From the NCBI GenBank assembly GCA_973895155.1, contig OZ316898.1, positions 14,724,330 to 14,788,329 of the forward strand: a DNA stretch of 64,000 nt. Reading direction: 5' to 3'. The stretch comes from Marsupella aquatica. Taxonomy: Eukaryota; Plantae; Marchantiophyta. The translations under genes were made by a program, and so were the position numbers. The notes beneath the pieces were generated by a model. The model worked only from the letters and a program-made list of their open reading frames with translations. It was not told the origin of the DNA and did not search any database. This document shows, piece by piece, positions 56,501 through 64,000 of this stretch (position 1 is the stretch's first letter; every line of letters starts with the position of its first letter).

Positions 56501-57321
56501 TTTGCCTTCTTCTTCCTTTGGAAATAGTCGCAGGACTTGTTCCTGCATTCAATGAATCCCGTACAGGTAACCTTCCCAAACTGCCAAAGGTTTTTAGGAT
56601 GAACAGTTGCAGTTGTTGGAAATATGCGTGTCCAAATGTAATAATCTTTGGCACGATCCATGTCCCTAAGCCTAGAGCCTTTAGAGAGTATCTTATCAAT
56701 GGGCGGCAACTCAAACACGACGTTACCATTGTACTTAGTTGGCAGACAGGACACTTGTTCATGCCTGAAATCACCCGCTGATATGAACCGTGACAACTCA
56801 CTATGACCAGTTGATTTGAGTAACGTATCCATCGCACTGCGCCGGTACACGACCTCCAACTGCTTAGAGCTTCCCGGAGTCTCAACTTTCACGACAGCAG
56901 GGAGCGGGATTTTCTTCTTCGACGGTGGACTTAGAGTATGATCCTCACTTGAAGAAATCTCAACCACATCACATGGAACCGGCGGGAAACTGGACAGTCT
57001 TGCATGCTGTCTTAAACGAACCGAGTACGAGATCCCTGCGTAGAGATGCCAAAACCGTTCACCGTCATCGACATTGAACGTTGTAGCATCCTCGATATCA
57101 TCAATGGATTTGAGCTCTCGAACAATGGCCTCAATGTCATTCATCTTCAAATCAAATCTCTTGCAAAGATACCTCTCCCGGACCTGCTTGTACATATCTT
57201 CCATGGGGACGGGGATAGTCACAATATCTTCAGAACCGAATCGAGAAAGAACGATAGACCGAGACATGGTGAAAAAAAACAAAAACCGAGGGCTATAGCG
57301 TTTGAAAGAAGAAAAGTTCAT
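53523..57321 (-). pseudogene. MULE-like transposase: Zn-binding GCM/WRKY-like N-terminal domain, DDE core, C-terminal SWIM finger; one intron (55053-55288), a frameshift at ~56200 and a stop at 53862
   Basis: CTGFIECRNKSC...CHYC...CPAR...HIGEHNHP; WVSFD..., GFMADNAQAGWNAVRNVF...FHFYQS; PACSCEDF...PCKHLYWV. The intron is phase 0 and preserves the frame. Confidence 0.75.
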
Positions 57322-58231
57322 GGTATTGTTCAGCTTATATATGTCGAACCTGGGAATTTGACGTTAACCAATCCGTTTGTATACGACATAAAACATAGAC
57401 GATGGAGGATCCGTTGGCACCATAAATGATTTTTGTCGTTTTTTCCCCGATAAGTCCGGATGTCAGACACAAACATATTGCTAAAAAGATCACCAACCTT
57501 ACTTAAACAGACCATAAGATATGACAAGGTATTGTCAAATTTTAGTAGCGCCTGGCGCTAACTAAAATACGCCACTAAAAATGTGTGTGAAATCTCGACA
57601 TTCCAAACTAGCGCCCGGCGCTAGTATAGAATAAATTCCCTGAAAATGAACATTATGACCACATACCAGGTGGTAATTGGGAATAAATGGTGCCTTCAAA
57701 GGATGGTTTTGATGGATTATGGATGATAAATGAACATTTATACTAGCGCCGGGCGCTAGTATTACATTTGAGAAATATTTCTCCGTAAACGATGTATTGA
57801 AGGACACTTTAATAAAATATGGGGGTGGAAAGGCCAAAATTTATATCATAGCTCCTTCAAAAAAGACCTCTAAATTTCTTCCAGTTTATACTAGCGCCGG
57901 GCGCTATTATAAGCATACTCTAAATTGTTCACCTTGATGGTCATCATTAATGCTAGCGCCCGGCGCTAGTATTGATATGATGTTAGGAAATGTCTTTAAC
58001 GGTAACATTCAACGGTAACTTATGACTTTCGTGTGTGTTACGCATCTTCTACCGTTTGATTTTGGTAATTAAACCTTCCGTATACAGACGTTGGAAACCG
58101 CCAAACATCAGAGCTAATGGCTTTCCTCTAGGTTATGTCATCCTCCCGCTAGAATATATTACACGTTCAGAGATGATTATAGTTCCATAATTTCATTGTA
58201 CGATAGTTCGTACGCTTCTAGAAGGAAGACG

Positions 58232-61200
58232 ATGGAGGTATTCCCCTCTTCTTCCAGAGGGTATAGTGCGGTTCCTGACCAGGAGTGAGCTTATTCTGAA
58301 TCTTCGCAGTCTTCGTTTACTGGTTCAGTCTATACACGTCGTGTAACTCGTTCCTCAAAGTTGTTCCCGCTCACTTCTGTCAGCGGTGTTTTGGGTCCAA
58401 ATCCTTTGCAAAGAAAGATGGACAACGTAGACACAATTGCGATCCAGGATGTTGCGGATTGCGCGCTTGCTGAGACTGATCTCATTTCGAAACATGTCAT
58501 GTCTTTTGGAAAGGATTCTCGTGGATTGGACAAGGAGCCGCCTCGAATCCCTCTGTGTCGATTGGTTCACATGGAGGTGGTTCATACTCTGCAGAAAGAC
58601 AGCTCTTCCATCGAGAAGCTGAAAGACTCTTTTCATAGTATGGGTTACAACTCTTCGATAGGGATGCGTTTCTATCTGCAGCCAACGGATGAGAACAGAA
58701 TTGTTCTGACCTGTACCCAGGACATTCGTGATTCATGGGATCCAATATGGCAATTGGAGAACGAGAAGTTTGAGGCTGAATGCGAGGCTGACCCGGATTT
58801 TCTCGTCTTGAAGGATAAGATGTTCGCTGTATTCGATGGAAATCACAGGCTGTACTCCTGGACGCTTGTAACAGAGGAGAACCCGGACAATCCAAAATAT
58901 CATCCTCGTGTGCTCTATACAATATTTAAAGGAGACAAGGGATCTCTCATTGAAATTGAGGCAGCTATGCACACCGTGAATCAGTAAATTCTCATGATTT
59001 CTAGTTCTTTCCTTAAATCTTGCGAGTGTTGTATTTACTAGCGCTCGGCACTACTTATACATGAATTGTTTTTCATTGACTCTTACTCTCAACGTTTGTT
59101 CGTGTAGGCTTGGCCAAGCAGTTGTAGAGCCTTCCTGGATCCTGGATGCGGACAGAATCAAACGAATTCTGGCGCATGACCTTGAATATTACAGTAAACT
59201 GATTGACCCGGGTAATTTCAAGAAGTTTGAAAGCATTCGGCTGAAAACTCAGAAGGGGTCATGGTATACGAAGAAGATGCCACAAGAAGCACTTGTTTAT
59301 ATTCTTTGTGAGAATAAGATAAAGTCGTACTCGCATCAATTCAAACTCGACATGGAGGCAGCGGAGGCTCAAGGGAGTCCATGGTCGGCGGACGAGATTT
59401 CAAAACGGCATGCGGCCATGATGAAAGATGCAACCAAAGATTGGGCAGTGAAGTCTTCAAAAATTACGCCCTTATTAAGTCCTGAATTTGAAGATTTCCT
59501 CAGTACATGTGCAGAAATGTATGTTGTCACAGAGAGAAACAAGAGAGAGAAGAAGCCTGACACCGTTGTATGTACGATGGACCGCGCATGATTGTTCACC
59601 GCTGTTTCCGCTCTAGACCCAAAGTTACGAAGCACTTTACTTGTGGCACATTGCAATCCTGAGCTGCGGAGACAGTTTTTTCACCCAGCAAGTGTTAACG
59701 ATGATCCAGTCAAACAGTGGTGCCACACTTGGATCACTTGGAATAGTGTGGAGGGAATTGTTGCTGGCATGTTACATTCATGTCTACGTGAAGTTGAGCA
59801 AACCATGCCCGCGAATAGATTGGAAGAGTGGAATTGTAGTTCGTTTGATGATCTAGTTCAGTTTGTTACAAATGAATTCAAGAGATTTGGTGATTCCGTG
59901 AAGAATAAGTTCTTTCACACTATGTGGCCTTCAAAGTACCCTGACAAAGAAGATTACACCCAGAGAAACCAGAAGCGAGCGAAGAGGTTTGTGTATAGGT
60001 TCTACATGCACATGGAGGTAACCAAACCTGATTACTTCTGGGCATATCCTGCAGCTTTTATGAAGTGGATTTCAATAAGTGAAGATGATGCCTTGGCTGA
60101 TTTGTACTCTATGTACCCCACGGAGGGCATATTTCCTCCGAGACCAATGACAGAATGGGAGAGAACTCACTGCCCCTGGTAGATACAGATAGATGGGATT
60201 CTCCTTTTGATCAAAGGGAAAAAGATGCCTTCCATAAGCTTTCAAAGTCTCAGATGCCAGCAAAACTTGTGTCCGACATGAAGCAGGGTCTACTTGACGA
60301 TGTAGACAAGTCTGCCACAAACTTGCAAACTATCTGTGAAACAACTGTTGTGCATGTGGACCGGAGTCGCAAACCTCGCGCGAAAGCCAAAGCGGAGCTA
60401 GCAGCACCGAGCGAGTCTACTAAGAAGAGTAAGTATTGCTATCCATGATTTTTCCAGCGCCAGGCGCTGGCAAGAAATATTTTGTTGAGGGTATTCTCTT
60501 TCTTGGTTATTAGGCTTCGGTTGCGACTTAAGTGAATTGCATTTGGTTAGCGCCAGGCGCTAGCTTCTTTCAATACTTTAAAAGTACTTATTCTAACTAC
60601 GACCTGGTTATATTTTAGGAGGGAGGAAGTCTAATACGGTGGGAACAGGAGATATGAAAAAGGATGCTACACCTGAAGTTTCCGAGGCAAACACGGGAGC
60701 TCGATCGGACCCCATTACTCCAGTCGACAAAGGGAAGGTTATAGTTCCTATCGACGCCACGAGTACCAGGAAGAAACGAAAGAGAGTTGTCGAAGGTGGA
60801 CAATCTTTAAGGGAGAGTGTTATAGCTTCTGGTTTCCAACGTGAAGTTGGAAACTTCAAAACAACTGTGTCTCGCCATTGCATGGTTGAGACAAGCCTTT
60901 CTGAATTTTTTGACTCGACGTTCAACAAGGAGGAGAAGCCCGAGTGGGTTAGTGATGTGGCAAAATGGGGAAAAGACCTCGTTAAGTTGGGATTTAAAGA
61001 GAAGGGAGTTGTTCGGGGGGGAAAAGTAAGATCGTTTGGAGTGGATGCCGGCTTCATTTACCTACCGACCGGGTTCAAACCATCTATCATTGATAAGAAG
61101 GTTCCTAAATGGAACATTCCGGATCACTCAATGGCTAGATCTTTTTTCAAATCCATGGATCCATTGATGGGTTCCTTGTAATTCTACACAATGGGGAGTA

Positions 61201-61885
61201 TGATCCCATGTCGCAAGTCATTGCTGCCTGTCAGGAGTCAAGGAAATTTCAGTGTATATGCTCGCATAATGTTGTGATGTCTGACCCGATGTATGTGGCA
61301 AAGACAGACCGAGAGATGTTTACCCTCAAGCTCGACATATTTGGCCGAATTAATGGGAAATGTAAAATTCCCAAAGACCCAAAATTTTGGCCGCTGTCCA
61401 TCAGTGAGGACCCTTCGGTTACCAATTTGATCGGACTCTCTTCGCTCAAATCAGATCCATTCCCGCAAATGGAGTTTGCTGGAAATGCTCGTCTGTCTGT
61501 GGGTTTTATGCAATCTATTATAGAGCTTGTCACATGGCCTCGTGATATTTTTATGGATTGGACTGCTGGGGCTGGAAGCTCTTACATTGCTGGTGACTTC
61601 TCTGGACGATTTGTACTCGGGATAGAACACCGGAAAGAATTTATTGAAACCGCTTCAAAGGTTTTCATGGATTTGTTGTCTCCCAAAGAGATTGTAGTGT
61701 TACCTCCACCTGTTCCTACTGCCGACAGAAAAAAGAGAGATAAGCTTCGGTCGGTTCTCAATTTTGATTCTGATGATGAATCGAGTGAAGGTGGAGAGGA
61801 ACAAGGTACAAGAAACTCCGAGGAGGAAAAGGGAGAGCGTCGTGCAGCTGCAGATGAAACCGATAGTGATGACTCTTCCGAGTAA
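58232..61885 (+). pseudogene. Spliced cargo gene of M: ParB-like + beta-class DNA methyltransferase-like, disrupted
   Basis: ParB: RIPLCRL...IEKLKDSF...GY...FAVFDGNHRLYSW. MTase-like: GFMQSIIELVTWPRDIFMDWTAGAGSSYIAGDFSGRFVLGIE. Frame-preserving introns 58984-59107 and 60429-60618; lesions near 59590, 60180 and 61180. The start is uncertain. Confidence 0.72.
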
Positions 61886-62579
61886 TGTTCATAAACTCGT
61901 AAGCTTCTTTCTCCATTCCCGTCAATTCATAACATTTCTTTTGTTGTTTTGGGGAAAGGCGCCTTACAAAATGGACTTTGTTATATCAGGTCAGAGTGGA
62001 ATGCAAGGAGACGATTCAAACTGCGGAGGAAGATCGCGAGACACAACTTAGAAACACCGGAAAAACCGTTTGTTCTTCCCTCCTATGCAGAGAAAGCCGC
62101 AAGGAAAGCAGAAAGTGCAAGGACACTTTGCTGGGAAAACAAAGGTCTTCGGTTACGAAGGGGTGTTGACCGAAAGTTCATTAAACATCCTTATGTTGAT
62201 GACTTCTCCCGCAGCCAGTACGTAGATGATGAGGCTGTGTCCACGGACAGATCCCAGAGTACAGATTCTGGTTCCGACTCACAATCTTCGGAACCGTGAG
62301 AAGTAGTGGGTAGTTGAGGCTAAATCTTTTAGCAGCGCCCGGCGCTTGTAACATCTATATTATTTCCCTCTGCTGAGGGTCCTTTTAAATTGTTGATTTC
62401 TCTCTACTTGTTGATTACTTTTGACTTCTGTTCTTTACAAGCGCCTGGCGCTCGCCAAATGGAATCTCTAAATGGCCGTTTAGTCTTTGTTGTTTCCTGT
62501 CAACGGTCATCGTCATTGGATACCAACTGCCATTTGGATTGTGTTCTTTAGTCAGTCTTCGGAAAGCCGTTGGGGACCA

Positions 62580-62940
62580 TAGTTTTGGGACGATGATTCC
62601 ATAGTTTAGGGACCGGGCGGAAGGGACGACTATAGTTTCAGTTTAGGTTTGTTCGGGACGACGAGAGTTGGGGACGTCGATAGTTGAGGCCGATGATAGT
62701 TTCGGGAGGACGATAGAACGGGACGATAGAACGGGACGATAGAACGGGAGGGGAGACTTTGTTTCGGGAGGATGATAGAACGTGACGATAGAACAGGACG
62801 ATAGTTCGTTTGGGAAGACTTTGTTTCGGGAAGACGATAGAACGGGACGTTAGAGTAGGGCGATAGAACGGGACGATACCTGTTACCAAGGCGAAGATAG
62901 TTTTGGGAGGCAATAGAACGGGGTGATGATAGTTTGATGG
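62580..62940 (+). repeat. Degenerate GGGACGATAGAAC (13-bp) repeat tract
   Basis: Repeated gacgatagaacgg / gacgatagttt units. Confidence 0.8.
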
Positions 62941-63084
62941 TCATTTCGGAACGGTAGTGTACGCGGACCTTTATCTGGCGTCTTAGTCTTCGCAGACCTT
63001 TCTTTGACCTTTGTCGGCTATAGCACTCGCGGACGACGTTCTTACGGGAGGAGAGGTTATATATTAGATCGGGATCTTTGAAAC

Positions 63085-63546
63085 ATGGCGAGTCAGTATG
63101 AGCCAATGGATTGGGAGGCAGCTTTTCGTCCTTCTCGTGTGCGTCTGGAAGAGAGCCATTTCAGCTCTTTTGAATCGCGGATGGAGACTGAAGAAACTGA
63201 AACTTCCACTTTTCGGAACTGTCATGCTCTCCCGTATGATGAGGCTATTAGTCCTGGAGAGAACAACATCCCTTGGATTGTCGATTCCCCTGCGCCTCCG
63301 TTCTCTAGTCGGTTTTTGTCTCACCCGGGAGTTCTTGTTGATGGGGTACTCCCAATCGATCGAAGAGGACAAGAAATGTTTGGGCGAGTTGATTTTAAGG
63401 ACAGTAATATTCCTAATGAACATTTTACGAGGGCTGTTCGTCGAGGACCTTCAGAGGGATACGTTCGTTTGCGTGGTCTCGGCTTCAAGAAAGATCGGTG
63501 GAGAGAAGCAGCAGGAGTGGATGATGATTGCAACTCGGAAAGCTAG
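63085..63546 (+). CDS. Possible 153-aa hypothetical protein within M
   Basis: ATG-initiated ORF with ordinary composition, lying between palindrome-bearing non-coding tracts; no recognised motif. Confidence 0.3.
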   Translation: MASQYEPMDWEAAFRPSRVRLEESHFSSFESRMETEETETSTFRNCHALPYDEAISPGENNIPWIVDSPAPPFSSRFLSHPGVLVDGVLPIDRRGQEMFGRVDFKDSNIPNEHFTRAVRRGPSEGYVRLRGLGFKKDRWREAAGVDDDCNSES

Positions 63547-64000
63547 ATGGAAATTTTGTTTTGCTGATCGCTTTAAGCTAGCGCCAGGCGCTGCTAAAGT
63601 TTTCCGGATTTTGTGGCATTGAAGTCGACCTCAGCTCTGGCGTTAGGGTTTTCCTGGTTGTCTACTATTTAGGTTTTGGCTAGCGCCGGGCGCTATTGAA
63701 ACGACAACGGATTTTGTGGGAGGGAATGGATCTTGACTATGTTGTCTGGGTTTGGACGCATCTTGTCTCCAAGAAACGACTAGTTTTCTAGTTAGTTTTT
63801 GGCTAGCGCCAAGCGCTGTTCATGTATTAGTCGAAAACCTCCGACGGTGTCGACCGTGACTTCATGGATGGGATTTTTAGGCCAGATTGTTGATGTTGAT
63901 AACTGCATTTTGTATCACTTAAGCCGAGCGTGTTTTCTATTTTGCGATAATATATGCGAATATTTTTTCCGGCCTTTCTTTTCTACTTGTATTTGTCTTG

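Larger units (their letters stand above)
52820..64000. mobile_element. Element M: Mutator-like (MULE/SWIM) DNA transposon with a divergently oriented cargo gene; right end outside the window
   Basis: Abrupt switch from B coding-like sequence to AT-rich DNA with short subterminal repeats (CCTGTTACCAG x3, GTGCATATCCACCACTCTAA x2); transposase motifs. No second TIR or TSD is visible, so the boundary is approximate. Confidence 0.7.

Noticed and set aside
58232-61885. Bacterial or phage contamination as the source of the ParB-MTase genes
   Set aside because: Both genes have frame-preserving GT-AG introns, and S is inserted with a TSD into a plant-type retrotransposon.

Overview
This is eukaryotic, transposon-dense DNA, most likely from a non-seed plant (an inference from Athila-like Ty3/gypsy elements, a plant tRNA-Asp primer site and GT-AG introns). 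I found no host gene; the window is a stack of nested elements. (A) A degraded minus-strand Ty3/gypsy element (1-19284) is interrupted in pol by (S) a 13.5-kb TIR DNA transposon (4747-18213, 4-bp TSD TAAG, Sola-like DDE transposase) and is cut in gag at 19285. (B) A second degraded minus-strand gypsy pol (~21700-21764 plus 47374-~52820) hosts (C) and (D) and abuts (M). (C) is a very young, intact LTR-internal-LTR-internal-LTR tandem (21765-47373, one 5-bp TSD AAATG) whose 4.1-kb LTRs each contain a complete 618-aa ORF. (D) is a solo LTR (48269-50641, TSD GGGTA). (M) is a MULE/SWIM-type DNA transposon from ~52820 to past the window end. Main finding: the two unrelated DNA transposons S and M each carry, head-to-head with the transposase, a spliced gene encoding a ParB-like domain plus a beta-class N6/N4 DNA-methyltransferase-like domain (plus an FCP1/NIF phosphatase-like domain in S). 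Each is also studded, in introns and intergenic DNA, with its own 15-bp palindrome (TCGCTCCTGGAGCGA in S, TAGCGCCNGGCGCTA in M); the two differ only by symmetric substitutions. This is a candidate element-specific parS/VANC-like self-recognition system. All domain calls come from reading motifs by eye; no searches were run.
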